Positions 35,801-50,800 of a stretch of DNA of 64,000 nucleotides are shown here, one piece after another. The translations under genes and the position numbers were made by a program. This stretch comes from Hemiscyllium ocellatum (lineage: Eukaryota). A model generated the notes under the pieces. The model saw only the letters and a program-made list of their open reading frames with translations, had not been told where the DNA came from and did not search any database. Numbering within the stretch: the stretch's first letter is position 1; every line of letters starts with the position of its first letter. The DNA is taken from NCBI RefSeq assembly GCF_020745735.1, contig NC_083447.1, forward strand, positions 21,780,755-21,844,754, written 5' to 3'.

Positions 35801-38800
35801 AGATACTGGCTTTTTCAGCAACATTTGCATTCAACCTCACCTTTTCTTTCTCTTGTCTCTAAGCAAACTGATTCTCTGCTTTGATGTTTGGAACCACGGC
35901 CCACATTCTGCCATTCTCAAACAAAGAGCTAGTCCACCTCCTGTTCTGTTCTGACAAAACATCAAGTGCCCTTGTATTCAAGATACTTCATTAGTGCATA
36001 AATCAGAACAGCCTGCCACATAAGGAGATACTGTGACAAGCAGGCCATAACATCATTGAACATGGGAACATGTTTGAAATGCAGAATGACTGACTCCTGT
36101 TGTTATGTCTCTTCCTAAACAATTATTTGATCAAAAGGTTGATATTTTCTAACCAACTTGTTCAGATTACATATCTCTGGAACAGGTTGGGCCCTGAACT
36201 TGTGCCTCTTTGTCTTGAGGTAAGGATATTACAATGTACCAGAAGAGATCCACTTGGTCAACAAGATAAGATTGAAAGAAGCAATTAATGGAAGAACGAT
36301 GATCAGAGAGACTCCCCAGCCGTTTAGGATACATTACATTACTTCACTTACGTCTGCAGGAATATGGGTCACTATTCCATGTCCCATCCTTCTGGCAATG
36401 CAGCATGGCGGAACTGATGTGCTCTTTTTGCTTTGAATCCTACAGGGAGCACAGTTAATGGAACAGAATTAAAGGAGTACCAAGGAATCCTTCTGCAAGT
36501 TCTCAGGAGTCAGCTAGCAGCTGTGGCTCCACCAGAGGGAGTCAGAGAGCAGGGTGACTGAACGACAGAGACAGACAAGCCTTAATAATGTGTGTAGAAT
36601 CATGGGATCAACACAGCAGGGAATGGCGGAAAACTTTGAAATATTGTGAACTGTGAAGAGGATATCACAAGTATCAAGAGGATTTCGACAGGTTTATGGA
36701 AAAGGGGGACATGTGGCTGCAGAAATTTAATGCAGAGAATTGTGAAATGATTTAATGCAGACTAATGTTTGGTAGTTAAAATTGGGAGGGACTGCATAAG
36801 TTAAAGAGCAAGTCCAAACGTGAGGGTAGGAGCACAGGAACTTTAGAGTATATGTGCTCAAGTCAATGAATCTGGCAGCGCAGGTTGAGACAATGGTTAA
36901 TTATGTATCCAGAACCCTGGGATTCATAAACAGGGGTCTAGAGTAAGAAAAACAACAAAGTGATGAGAAAAACCTCTATAAATCAATTATTCAACCTTAA
37001 CTGGAGTGTTGTGACCACTTCTGGACACCGCACTTTAGGAAGGACGTGAAGGTATTCAAGATGAGTAGAAAATATATGTCCTCTTGTTCTTGGAATGAAG
37101 ATTAAGAGACAATTAGATTGAGCTGTTCAAGATGTTGAGAGGTCCATACAGAGCCGATTGGGAGAAGCTATTGGCATTGTAGAAGGAGCAGGAACTAGAG
37201 GAATCTGGTTTTAAGGTGACTGGCAAAAGAATAACAGCAGCATGAGAAAAAACATTTTTCACACAGTGAGTGGTTTGATCTGGCAGTACTTCCTGACAGA
37301 ATGGTAAAAACAGATTCAACTGAGGCTTTTAAAAGAGAATTAGATCATTATATAATGAGTAAAAGAAACTCTGGGCTACACAGGAAAAAGTGGCAATTGT
37401 AACTACCTGCTTTGCTCTTGTAGAGATTCAGATTGGACATGATAGACCAATTGCCCGCCTTCTGTTACACAAACCAATCTATGATTCAGTTAGATTATTA
37501 AGACCATCATGCAATGCTTTGGCTGTTTGATAGAAGTGTCCAATTAACTCCACTTCCCTGCTCATTTCACATAGCCTTGCACTTAGGTTAAATTCAATTA
37601 TTTACCCAAGTTAGTTTGAAATACACAAATGTATCTGTTCCAACAGTTGACCTTGAATTCCAGATGAAAACCACTCACTGTTTAAAAGCATTAGTTATTC
37701 ATATCACCCCTTGTTCTGTTGCCAATTAGCTTTAGTCTGTGTCTTCAGCCACTAGAAATAGTTTCTCCTTGATACACTCTCGTTAAACCCTTCATGATTT
37801 GGAAGACCTCTGTAATACTTCCCTGCTGCAAAAAGAACAGTTCTAGGTTTACCAGCCTATACATATTATTGAGGCCCTTCATCCCTGATGCAATTCTGGT
37901 AAATGTGGGTGGCACGGTGGCACAGCAGTTAGCACTGCTGCCTCACAGCACCTGAGACCCGGGTTCAATTCCCGCCTCAGTCGACTGACTGCGTGGAGTT
38001 TGCACGTTCTCCCCGTGTCTGCGTGGGTTTCCTCCGGGTGCTCCGGTTTCCTCCCACAGTCCAAAGATGTGCGGGTCAGGTGAATTGGTCATTCTAAATT
38101 GCCCGTAGTGTTAGGTAAGGGGTAAATGTAGGAGTATGGGTGGGTTGCGCTTCGGCGGGTCGGTACGGACTTGTTGGGCCGATTACTGTAAGTAATCTAA
38201 TCTAAGAACCATGACTCCTTCCTAAAGTATGGAACCCAAAATTAAATACAACTCACACCTGTGAAGGCCCAAATGGCACCTTATAAAGGTTTATCATATT
38301 ATCCTTGCTTTAGTACACAATCCTTCCTGAAGCAGGGCTCATGCCCGAAATGTTGATTCTCCTGCTCTTTGGATGCTGCCTGACCTGCTGCACTTTTCCA
38401 GCAACACATTTTCAGCTCTGATCTCCAGCACCTGCAGTCCTCACTTTCTCCTCCTTTGTACACAATCTCTGAGTTAATAAAGTCAAAGATCAGTCTAACT
38501 TTTTGACAATGTTTTCAACTTGACCACAACGTTTTGTGTGCATATATATCCCAAGTCTTTTGGTTCAAGTTCAGGAGACTGAGAAGCAGATTTAGATTAT
38601 TTACAGTATAGAAACAGGCCCTTCGGCCCAACAAGTCCATACCGACCCACTGAAGCGCAACCTACCCTGTTCCCCTACATTTACCCTTCACCTAACACTA
38701 TGGGCAATTTAGCATGGCCAATTCACCTAACCTGTATATTTTTGGACTGTGGGAGGAAACCGGAGCACCCGGAGGAAACCCACGCAGACATGTGGAAAAT

Positions 38801-41800
38801 TAGCAAACTCCACACAGACAGTCGCCTGAGGCGGGAATTGAACCCAGGTCTCTGGTGCTTTGAAGCAGCAGTGCTAACCACTGTGCTGCCCACATATTTT
38901 GATTCTAATATGACTTGTGTTTAAAACTCATCTTATCCTCAAAATGTTAACTCAATGCCTCTCACCACAGATGCTGCCAGACCTGCTGAGTTTCTCAAGT
39001 ACTTTAAAATGAAATAAAGACTGGAATTAAATGTCACCCTTCACCCTCTTTGGACAATCCAAAGTACTTTGGAATCATTGAATTGCATGCACTGTTCTAT
39101 TGTTGGAAAGCAGCAGCTAAATTGCAAAGAGAATGCTCCCACAAAGAGAAATGAGATAATGGCCACTTCTTTTTTGTGAACTGAACTGGAGAATAAGCGG
39201 AACTGAGGGGAAAGAATCCCAGCTGTTCCCTAAAATACTGATCATGGCATCTTTGCGTCCTCTGAGAGAACTATTGGACCTCCATTTCATGTCTGAAATA
39301 CAGTGCAGCACTCAATCAATATTACAGTGATGCTTTGGGTGAAATTCTTTCATTCAAATCCCTTATTTATGGTCCCATGTAATAGTAATATTAAACAAGT
39401 CACATCCCAGAGTGAACCCCACCTTGATAGTTCATAGGTTAAACTTTTGTGGTAGGTCACCATGGTGGACAGTAATTGAAATATTTTATGTAAGGTGTTC
39501 ATTATGCAAAAGAAAGAGAACCAAATAAAATTGTATGTATACCAAGACAGTTAAAAACTTTTTTTTTCAGTTCTAACAATTTGAAGAGTTCTATACAAAT
39601 GCTCCCAAATGAAACTTCACAAAGTAAAACTTGGGCAGCACAATGGCTCAGTGGTTATCACTGCTACCTCATAGTACTAGGGACCTTGGTTTGATTCTAG
39701 CCTCGCGCAACTGTCTATGTGGAGTTTGCATGTTCTCCCCATATCTGTGTGGGTTTCCTCCTACATTCCAAAGATATTCAGGTGAAGTAGATTGGCTATG
39801 TAAAATCACCCAGGGATATTGTTGTAAAGTTGGTATGGTAAAATGAGGGAAAGCATTGTCCCTTTAGACAATGGTGTTTTTTCAGTGCTTAGAAGTTAAG
39901 ATGGATGTTTGAACAGCAATTAAAGTCCAGGTTTACAGATTGAAACATTTTGTATCAAATAGCCATGCAGCATTTTTACCAAGACGACAAGTCTTTTCAA
40001 ATTTATCCAAATAATTTAAACTAAGCACTTTGATGTTGAAAGCCAATTAAATTTAAATCTGATGGTGTTGACAACCTTGAACCAATTTGGTTGTACAGAA
40101 ATCAATACGTCCGCATGGGTATAAAGACAGGGACAATTGGACATACTGGAGAGAACCAACTGAAGAGATAAGAAATCTCCACACTCTTAGAAAAAGGCAC
40201 CATTCTATTCATAAAGGTATCATGTCACGGTTCGATAATATTCCAGGCAAAAATATCAGAGAAAATGCCTAAGAAGCATTTCAGCCAGAGGAAGACAATG
40301 AAAGACGATACAGAAAGTTGAGAAGGATCTATTCTGTGTGAACTTTGAGAGACTAAGTTTTAATTTATTGTTTTCTTATTACTTGGATTTAGATAAGTGG
40401 GACCTAAGTTATTGGAACAGCATACAGTCTTATTTTATTCAGGAATAGGTAGTTAGAGAGGAACTGCTCAGTTTGTTAATTGTTCTGTTAGTTTGTTCAG
40501 TGTTGAAATTGTATACATAATTTATGTGTTAATTATAGAGTGGGTAAAGGATTCCATTTCATTTAATCACACTTTTATGAGGGTTGGGAATAAGAGGTAG
40601 GTTATACCATTTTCACACTTATTTTTAATGTGACTATGAAACAAGGTGAGTTCCTCTGGATGTTTTGGGTTTAATTATCAGAGGGGTGTTGATCTCCACT
40701 TTGTCACAAAGTGCAAGTGGGTTGACCATGGCAAATGCAGGATTATAGGATAGGGGGTTGGGTCTGGGTAGTATGTGCTTTGGAGATGTGGTCTTTATGG
40801 GCTAAATAGCCAATCCACAATGTAGGGATTATGTTATTCTTCCCTGATGCTATGAAAACACTTCAGGTAGGGTGATTGTTCCCTGACCATGATTCTCCTG
40901 CTAAGAGGAAACAGCTCTCTTTTCCAAACTAAACTCCTGATTCTTTGGAACTGAAGTCAAAAGCTAAACTAATGGCTTCAGGTTTGTATAAACACAACAG
41001 CATAAACAAATCATCCATTGACTAGCAGGTGTCTTGTCACACAATTGACAGAAGCCTGTTTGGGTATATTGTATTCAGGTCACTATTCCCAAATCTGATC
41101 TTCTAAAAAATAACCTGAACAGAACTGAAACCACACATCTGCCTCTATTTTAAATCAAAATCCCAAAGGGTGATAATTTGTGTAGTATATAACTTTAATA
41201 ACACTCCAGAGTGGGAATTGTGCTCATAATTTTCTGAATCAGCATGAAAAGTTTATGCATTAAATTTCAAAACAGGGTTGACCAGAGTTAACAGAGTCCT
41301 CAATGTTCATTACTTGGTTTAAAGAGAATGCAACTTACGTAGAGCTCAAACCCAACATCACAGCTCAGTTGTACAATGTCCTTATAATCATACTCTGATT
41401 TATTCGGCTGAATAACATTATGCTCCAAGATGTAAGTGGGACATTGTTTGGCTGCAGACAAAACAAACAGGAAACCATATTAGATTTTAAACAAGCAATA
41501 TTGTCTCAGAGAAATATCGCACAGAAATATGACATTCAACCTACCATGTCTTTGGTAACAATTTGAAAGAGCAATCTAGTTATTCCCTTTTCCTATAGGC
41601 TTGAAAATAATTTTCTATTTGAAGTATTTATCACTTCCCCTCTTGAAATTTCCTACTAAATCTTTCTCAACTGCCTTTTGAGGCAGCACATTCCAGATTA
41701 TAACAACTCACTTCGTAAAAATGAGGCATTCTCAACTAATGCTCTGGGTCGTTCATTAATTATCTTGAATTAGTCTCTCATCACGGACCTACATTCTTTG

Positions 41801-44800
41801 AAACAAGCAGTTACTACTTTATCAAAGTGTGATATTACATCTTCTCTTTATATTTTAATGAACGTACAAGGTCACCAACAATATAGAAATTGATTTCACA
41901 ACTGTACTCTGCTAACTACTGGGTCTTCTTCCTGCAGCAGCCATGGGACAGTGGCTATTACTCTCATTCAGAATTCATGATACTGAGGGTTCAAGTCCCA
42001 TTCTAGAGACTGGAGCTTGGAATACAAGCTCACATTCCCAGTGTGGAAATACTGCATCATTGGAGGGTCAGGACAGAGGGAGTATTGCACTGTCAGAAGA
42101 TCATAAGCTCCTTATTAAAGGAATACTGCACTGAGAGAGAATCAACACTGCGGGAGTTGTGAAAAAAAAAATCATTTGCAGGATGTGGGCTTTGCTGGCT
42201 AGGCCAGCATTTATTGCCCATACCTAATTGGCCAGGGAGGTAATAAAGAGTCAACAACAGTACTGCAGATGATGTAGGACTGCAGTTTCCTTCCTTAAAG
42301 GACATGAACAAATCAGACGTTTTTTTAGTCAACAATCAACAATGGTTTCATAATGATCATTAGAGGCTTAAATTGAATTCAAATTCCACCATCTTCCTTT
42401 GCTGGATTTGAACCCAGGTCTCCAGAAAATCACTTGAGTCTCTGAATCAAAAGTCTAGCACTACTCTGATTCAAACGTCAAAGCTATCACCTTCCACAGT
42501 ACTACACTAGTAGAAAAATCAGTGTAAAAGGAATGCTGCCTTTCCAAAGGATAGGGAATGCTGTACAGTCACAGAATCACCACTGAAGGAATGACAGTCA
42601 GACAGTCAGTATTGAATGTCAGAGAGTCAATGCTGAGTGAATGACGCATTGTCAGAGAGTCAGTATTGTGAGAGTGCTGCATGATTGGAGGATCAGTACT
42701 GAGGGAAAGCTGCACTGTCAGAGGGACAGTATGGAGAGAGTGCTGCACTGTTGTAGAATCAGTACTAATTGAGTTCTGTGTCATTGAACAGTTAGTGTTG
42801 ATGAATGCTGCACTGTAGGACAGTCAGTACTGAGGCAGCACTGCACTGAGGGAACATAGTATTGTTGAAAGGTCAGTATTTTGGGTGCATTGAACTGTTA
42901 GATATACCATATTTCAGAATCAAATTTAAAATGAGTCTCTACAGAGAAAGTAAAGAATTGTATAAAGGTACTGAAGAAAACTTTGAAAATGATTAGTTGG
43001 GATGCTATCTGAACTAAAGGATAAATAACGATTAGAAAAGTAAAAAGAAAAACAGGTTGGAATATTCTTCTCAAAAAGTTTGGGCATGGGGGCTGTGATC
43101 AGAATTAAACTTTAAAATTATAAGTTTCAATAGAGTAGACTTGGGAAAGATGTTTCCATTTTTGGGGGAAACTAAAATTAGGGGAAGTTAGTGTTAGACA
43201 GTCACACATAAATATATTCAGAAACATCTTCATCCCGAGAGTGGTGAGAATGCAGAACTCACTACCAGTGGGAGTAAGTTAAGGTGATTATAAGAAATGG
43301 TTTGAATGAACAAATTGGATACAGACTTGAAGGAGAAGGGGAGAGATTGACATGCTGATGGGGTGAGACATAGAGAGGGTGGGGGAATGTGTGTAGTGAT
43401 GCACAACCACAGGCTACATGGCCTCCTGTACAGTAAAGTTTATGTTACTTTGGCAAATTCTACATTTTACCGGTTGATTTGTACATTATTTTCCACCCTT
43501 TCTTCTCTCCTTGATCATCGGTGCGGAAAGTTATCTCCACTTCATTTGACAGAAGTTCATGAATAACCGGAGCACTATCTCCACAGAAGGGGCCATATTC
43601 TTTTTCTCCAGATGTGATCTGGAATCAGGAAAATCTATATTAGTTGCAGAATCATGGATCAGTCTAATACTGAAGGAGGCCAGACAGCCAATCAAGATTG
43701 AACCGGCTCTCTCAGAGAGCATTCCTATTAATTTCACAAAAACTGTCCTCTCACCTTGCAATGTTTTTTTTCTCAGAATCTATCCAATTCAGTTTTAAAC
43801 ACCACAATTAATTCTGCTTCCACCACCTGTACAGAGAGTGCATTCCAAATCCCAGTCAGTTATTGCATAGAGAGAAGATTTTTCTTCCTTGGCCTTGTCC
43901 CTCAGGCTTCTTTATTTGAATTGAGTTATTGACCATTCATGTCATCCCTACTACCTGATGTGCAAGTTCATCACTGCCATCCTGACAGCAGTCTACTTAC
44001 CACCAAGGTAGAAGTGAAGAAATTTATACCAGTACAAACCCACTCGAGATGAAATTCCCAGAAGCCTTATTCATTATAACTGGTAACTCAAGAGGGCGCT
44101 ATCAAAATATCCTCAACATGTTTCCTGTCCCATGTAGGGGCCAGACATCCTACACAGCCATCAAAGATGCCTGCCACTCCATACCCTCTCCGTACTTCGA
44201 AAAATCAGATCACAATGCTGTGTTCTTTCACCCAGTTTAATAGCAGAAGTGGAAATGTGAGGTCCCAGCACAGAATTAGGACAGTGCTGCTCTGAGACAG
44301 CAGAAGACCTTCTGTGGGACTGCTTGGAATCAGTGGACTGATCCATATGCAAGAATTCTGCAGCCAACCAGACGAGTATGCCACCACCATCACAGACTTC
44401 ATTAGCAAGTGCATAAAGCTGCATGCCAAAGAACACAATCTGTATGTTCTCCAACTGAAGACATGGATGAACCAGGAAATCCATTGCCAACTGGAGATCA
44501 GGTGTGCGGTGTTCAAGTCAGACAACTCAAACCTTTACAGGAAATCCAGATACAATCTCCACAAGGCCATTAGCGATGCGAAGAGGTAATACTGTACTAC
44601 GTTAGAGACTCAAGCCCGCTGACTGCGGCAATGCCTACACGAAATGGAGTTACAGAGACGTACAGCACGGAAACAGACCTCTCTGTCCAATTCGTCCATG
44701 CCGATCAGATATCCCAACCTAATCTATTCCCACCTGCCAGCACTTGGCTCGTATCCTGCTAAACCCTTTCTTTTCATATACCCACGCCTTTTAAATGTTG

Positions 44801-47800
44801 CAATTCTACCAACGTCCAGCACTTCTTCTGGCAGCTCATTTCAGACATGCACTACCCTCTACATGAAAAAAATTGCCCCTTAGATCCCTTTTTATATCTT
44901 TCCCCTCTCACCCTAAACCTATGCCCTCTAGTTTTGGACTCCATTACCCCAGGGAAAATACTTTGTCTATTTATCCTATTCATGTCCCTCATGATTTTAT
45001 AAACATCTATGAGGTCATCCCTCAGCCTCTGACTCTCCAGGGAAAACAGCCCCCATCTATTCAGCCCCTCCCTATTGCTCAAATCATCCAACTCTGGCAA
45101 CATCCTTGTTAACCTTTTCTGAACCCTTTCAAGTTTCATAACATCTTTCTGAAAGGAAGGAGAGCAGAATTGCATGCAATATTCCAAAAGTGGCCTAACC
45201 AATGCCTTGTACAGCTGCAACATGACCTCCTAACTCCTGTACTCAATACTCTGACCAATAAAGGAAATCATACCAAATGCCTTCTTCACTATCCTATCTA
45301 CCTGCGACTTTACTTTCCAAGAGCTATGAACCTGCACTCCAAGGTCTCTTTGTTCAGCAACGTTCCCTAGGGCCTGAGCATTAAGTGTATAAGTTCTGCT
45401 AAGATTTGCTTTCCCAAAATGCAGCACCTTGCATTTATTTTAGTTAAACTCCATCTGCCACTCCTCAGCCTATTGGCCCAACTGATCAAGATCCTATTGT
45501 AATCTGAGGTAATCTTCTTCGCTGTCCACTATACCTCCAATTTTGGTGTCATCTGGAAACTTACTAATTATACCTCCTACGTTCATATAAATGACAAAAA
45601 GTAGTGGATCCAGCACCGATCCTTGTGGCTCCATTGGTCATAGGCCTCCCGTCTGAAAAACAACACTCTATCACCACCCTCTGTCTTCTACCTTTGAGCC
45701 AGTTCTATATCCAAATGGCTAGTTCTCTTTGTATTCCATGAGGTCTAAACTTGTGCACCACTCTACCCTCATCAATCCTCTATGTTACTTTTTCAAAAAA
45801 CTCAATCAAGTTCATGAGACATAATTTACCACGCACAAAGACCATCCCTAATCAGTCTTTGCTTTTCCACAGTCCTTGCCTGTAAATCTTATCTGTCAGG
45901 ATTCCCTCCAACAACTTGCCCTCCACCGACGTCAGGCTCACCGCTCTATAGTTCCCTAACTTGTCCTTACCACTTTCTTAAATAATGGTACCACGTTAGC
46001 CAACCTCCAGTCTTCTGACACCTGACCTGTGACTATTGATGATACAAATATCTCAGCAAGAGGCCCAGCAATCACTTCCTTCGCTTCCCACAGAGTTCCA
46101 GGGTACACCTGATCAGCTCCTGTGGATTTATCTACCTTTCTGTGTTTCCAGACATCCAGTACTTCCTTCTCTGTAATATAGACATTTTTCAAGATGACAC
46201 CATCTATTTCCCCACATTCTACAGATTACATGTCCTTCTCCACAATAAACACTGATGCAAAATACCTGTTTAGCGTGTCCCCCATTTCCTGTGGCTCCAC
46301 ACAAAGGCTGCCTTGCTGATCTTTGAGGGGCCGTATTCTCTCCCTAGTTACCCCTTTGTCCTTAATGTATTTACAAAATCCCTTTGGATTCTCCTTCACC
46401 CTACTTGCCAAAGCTATCTTATGTCCCCTTTTTGCCTTCCTGATTTCCCTCTTAAGTATACTCCTACTGCCTTTATACTCTTCTAAGGATTCACTCAATC
46501 TCTCCTGTCTTTACCTGACATATGCTTCTTTCTTTTTCTGAACCAAACCCTTAATTTCTTTAGTCATCCAGCATTCCTTGCACCTACCAGCCTTTCCTTT
46601 CAGCCTAACAGGAATATACTGTCTCTGAACTCTTGTTATCTCATTTCTGAACGCTTCCCATTTTCCAGCTGTCCCTTTACTTATGAACATTTGCACCCAA
46701 CCAGCTTTTGAAAGTTCTTACCTAATACCATCAAAATTAGTCTTCCTCCAGTTTAGAACTTCAACTGTTAGATCTGGTCTATCCTTTTCCATCACTATTT
46801 TTAAACTAGTAGAATTATGATCATAGAGTCATAGAGATGTACAGCACAGAAACAGACCCGTTGGTTCAACTTGTCCATGCCGACCAGATATCCTAACCCA
46901 ATCGAGTCCAACCTGCCAGCACCTGGCCCATATCCCTCCAAACCCTTCCTGTTCATATATCCAACCGGATGCCTTTTAAATGTTGCAATTGTACCAGCCT
47001 CCACCACTTCCTCTGGCAGCTCACTCCATACACATACTACCCTCTGCATGAAAAAGTTGCCCCTTAGAACTCTCTTATATTTTTCCCCTTTCACCCTAAA
47101 ACTACACCCTCTAGTTCTGGACTCCCCCACCTCAGGTAAAAAAACCTGTCTATTTACTCTATACATTCCCCTCATGATTGGAGAGTTCCTCTGCACCAAT
47201 CAACTTTACCACACCATGGCCAAGCACTTCAACTCTCACTCACACTCTGCCAAAGACATGCAGGTCCTGGATCTCCTCCATCACAATGCCCTGACCACCC
47301 GACACCAGGAGGAAGAACACTTTATCTTCCGCCTTTGGACCCTCAAACTGCACGGCATCAATGTGGATTTCACCAGTTTCCTCATTTCCCCTCTTCCCAC
47401 ATTATCCCAGTTCGAACCTTCCAACTTGGTAATGCTCTCATGACCTGTGTCACCTGTCCATCTTCCTTCCCACCTATCAGCTTCACCCTCCTCTCTGACC
47501 TATCAGCATTATCTTCCCCTGCCTCCCCCCTCCCAACCTCCATCTAACTATCATGCTCTCAGCTACCTTCTCCCCAACCCCACCCCCCACCCAACTTTCT
47601 CTCTACCCCCTCAGCTCATAAGCCTCATTCCTGACAAAAACCTTTTGCCCACAATGTTGATTCTCCTGCTCCTCGGATGCTGCCTGACCTTCTTGAGGGT
47701 GAATCCATGGAGAGTGACTGGCCCGGGTGGAGTCCCTATCCATGCACTCAGATCCTTTGCAGACCAGCTGGCAGAAGTACTCACTGACATCTTTAACCTC

Positions 47801-50800
47801 TCCTTGCTACAATCTGAAGTCCCAATTGCTTCAGGAAGACCACCATCCTCCCAGTACCAAGGAAAATATATGCAATGTGGCTCAATGACGATGGCCTGGT
47901 GGTTCTGACTTCCATAATATGGAGTGCTTTGAGAGGTTAGTCATGGCTCATATCAATGCTAGCCTCCCAGCCTGCCTTGATCGCTTGAAATGCTGACTGG
48001 CACAACAGGTCCACATCAGGCATCATTTCTTGAGCCCTACACTTATCCCTGGAACATGTGGATGATAAGGATACCTGTGGCAGGCTTCTATTTATCAACT
48101 ACACCTTCACCTTAATCCCAATCAAACTGATCTCCAAACTCTGTGACCTAGGTCTCTGCATCACCTTCTGCAACCGGATCTTCAACTTCCTGACCCATAG
48201 ACCACAATCATTGAAGGTAGACAACAGCACCTCTTCCATGATAATCCTTACCATCAACTCTCCACAAGGATGCAAATGTAGCCCCCTGCAGCACTCCCTG
48301 TTCACTCACAACAGTGTTGCCAAATTTTGTCTGAGCTCCATCTAAATGTTCACTGATGACAGCACTGTTGTAGGCCAGATATCAAAGATTAATGACTCAG
48401 AATACAGGAAGAATGCTTGGTGCAAAGATAACAATCTCTCCCTCAATGTTGATGAAACTAAAGAGCTTACTTCAGGAAGAAAGGAGGAGGACACACCCCT
48501 ATCTACATCAAAGTAGTTGAGGTGGAGAAATTTGAGAACATTAAGTTCTTAGGAGTGGCAGTACCTAACAATCTGTCCTGGACCTGCCACGTAGAAATGA
48601 CGGACAAGAAGGGACAATGCCTCTTCTTCCTCAGGAGACTAAGGAAATTCAGCATGTCCATAAGGACTCTCACCAACTTTCACAGATGCACCATAGAAAT
48701 CTGGATGCATCCCGACTCGGTACAGTAACTGCTCTGTCCAGTATTGTAAGAAACGACAGAAAGTTGTGAACACAGCGCAGACCATCATGCAAGCCAACCT
48801 TCCATCTATGGAAACCGAAAGAACTGCAGATGCTGTAAATCACAAACCAAAACAGATGTTGGCGGAAACATTCAGCAGGTCTGGCAGCACCTGTGAAGAT
48901 AAATCAGATTTACTGTTTCAGGTCCAGTGACCCTTCTGCAGAACTGAGGAAGGATCATTGGACCTGAAATGTTTACTCTGATTTATTTTCAGAAACTGCC
49001 AGACCTGCTGAGTTTTTCCAACATTTTCAGATTTTTCTCCCATTTATGGACTCCATTTACACATCTCGTTGCCACAGAAAGTTAGTTAACATTATCAAAG
49101 GCCCTTCCTAACCTGGTAATGCTTTCTTCTAAGCTCTTTCATCAGGCAGAAGCTTGAACATATGCACTAACAGGTTCAAGTACAACTTCTTCCCTGCCAT
49201 TATTAGACCACTGAATGGACTCTCTAACTGCAAATAATGTTGATCTTGGTTTGCAGACCTCCTGTGCCGTTGTAACCTGAATGCTTTGCTCTGTGATCTG
49301 TATTACCTTGTTTGCTATGATATTCCTGTACTGCTTGCAAAACAAAGCTTTTCACTGTAATTAGGTACAAATGAATACAATAAATCAAATCAAATCAGAT
49401 AAATCAAATTGAATCAAATCAAAGCCATTACGAACTATTTCTTCCTTTGTCTTCTATCTAAACCATTAATGAGGTTGAACATCTACATCACATCCCTTCT
49501 TGGTTTTCTTTACTTTAAAGGGAACCAACAACAGTTTCTTTAGGTCTTTCCTCAGAACTGTCATTCCAAATCCTGGACCTGCTGAAAAAGTTAGACTTTA
49601 TATTAATTTGCCTTCAAACTCTGTCTGTTAGAGATAGAGTGATTGAAGGGCTGCTTCATGCCATGTTCTGTGATTCAAGAGAGAGCCAGTTAAGTAGGTG
49701 GCTTTAAAGGGGCTTAATTGTCTCCTCCTGTTCCTGTGTAGAAGGCTCAAGAGGAAATGAATGACCTTTCTCTTGCTCTATGATAGGTACAAGGAGCTTA
49801 ATGTCACCCCCCCCCCTTCCATTTCAGTTCAACACATTTCAGATCGGGCTGGATGAGTCTCTTGTTTTTGTGAAAATTGGTGTTAAGAAGATATAGGGGT
49901 ATTGTAACTTTAAGAGAGTTGAAAAGCTATCAAGGACTTAGAGAAGCACAGAGAGTCCAGAACATGGTAACAATAGAACATTTAGTCAAAATTGCCCAGA
50001 GAAGTGTTGCCAGGGTACACAAACAAATTCAAATTTGACCAATCAGTGTAAATTATGCCGCAAGTTACCAAAATCCAATCAAATTTGAAAAAAAAATGTT
50101 TTGACAACATTAAACCAATGAAATGATCCAATGTTTTGGGGTAGAAATATCAAAGATTTTGAACAGTCACCTAGAGCAGCAAAGAGCAGCTAGCACCAAC
50201 AACTAGAGAGAGACTGTTTGCAGAAAGATCTGCTCTCTTAAAGTAACCTTTATCTACTAAAGACCTGGGAAGCAGATTCCTTAAGAAGAAGAAAAGAAGA
50301 CAAAGGAAAATCTACAGAGGACACTCAGCAAAGCTGACTGGTTTTGAAATGTGATTTTTTTTTTGTAAATTGTAATTCTGATTTTTTATCTGACCAGTAT
50401 TGTAGAGGGGTATGTAAAAGTTTAGAGAAAGGAGTTGTAAATAGTTGTTAGTTAATTATTCTCCATTAGACTTTAAAAATAAAGTTGTTAATTTTTACTA
50501 TAAATAGTGACTTTTGAGATAGTTCTTTGCCTCTCAAATTTTAATAGATTACAGCACAGTGTGAATATTTTCCTTGTTGCTGGTATAAATTAGTAGAGGG
50601 GTTTATGCCGTGTTGTAACAGCCTCCTCATTATTCCAATATTGTGTATACATGTTATTGGTGATATGGAACCAAATACTATTAGAGAATATAGAATGCTC
50701 CTCTTGTACTACCCTAAGGGTGTGCTTCATTAATAGTGTTAATGAATTAACTGTGATGAGTCTCATCAAGAAGATTCACTTGTATTAACAATGAAATTGA

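Larger units (their letters stand above)
43940..49425 (+). mobile_element. Decayed Rex1/Babar-like LINE split by nested insertions
   Basis: [14 protein letters not shown] (44370s), RVTGPGGVP (47710s), [10 protein letters not shown] (48090s), [19 protein letters not shown] (48580s) and an (AATCA)n tail at 49380-49425. Confidence 0.65.

Noticed and set aside
42540-42910. CRISPR-like array
   Set aside because: Degenerate tandem units without unique spacers in a vertebrate genome; a SINE-derived minisatellite.
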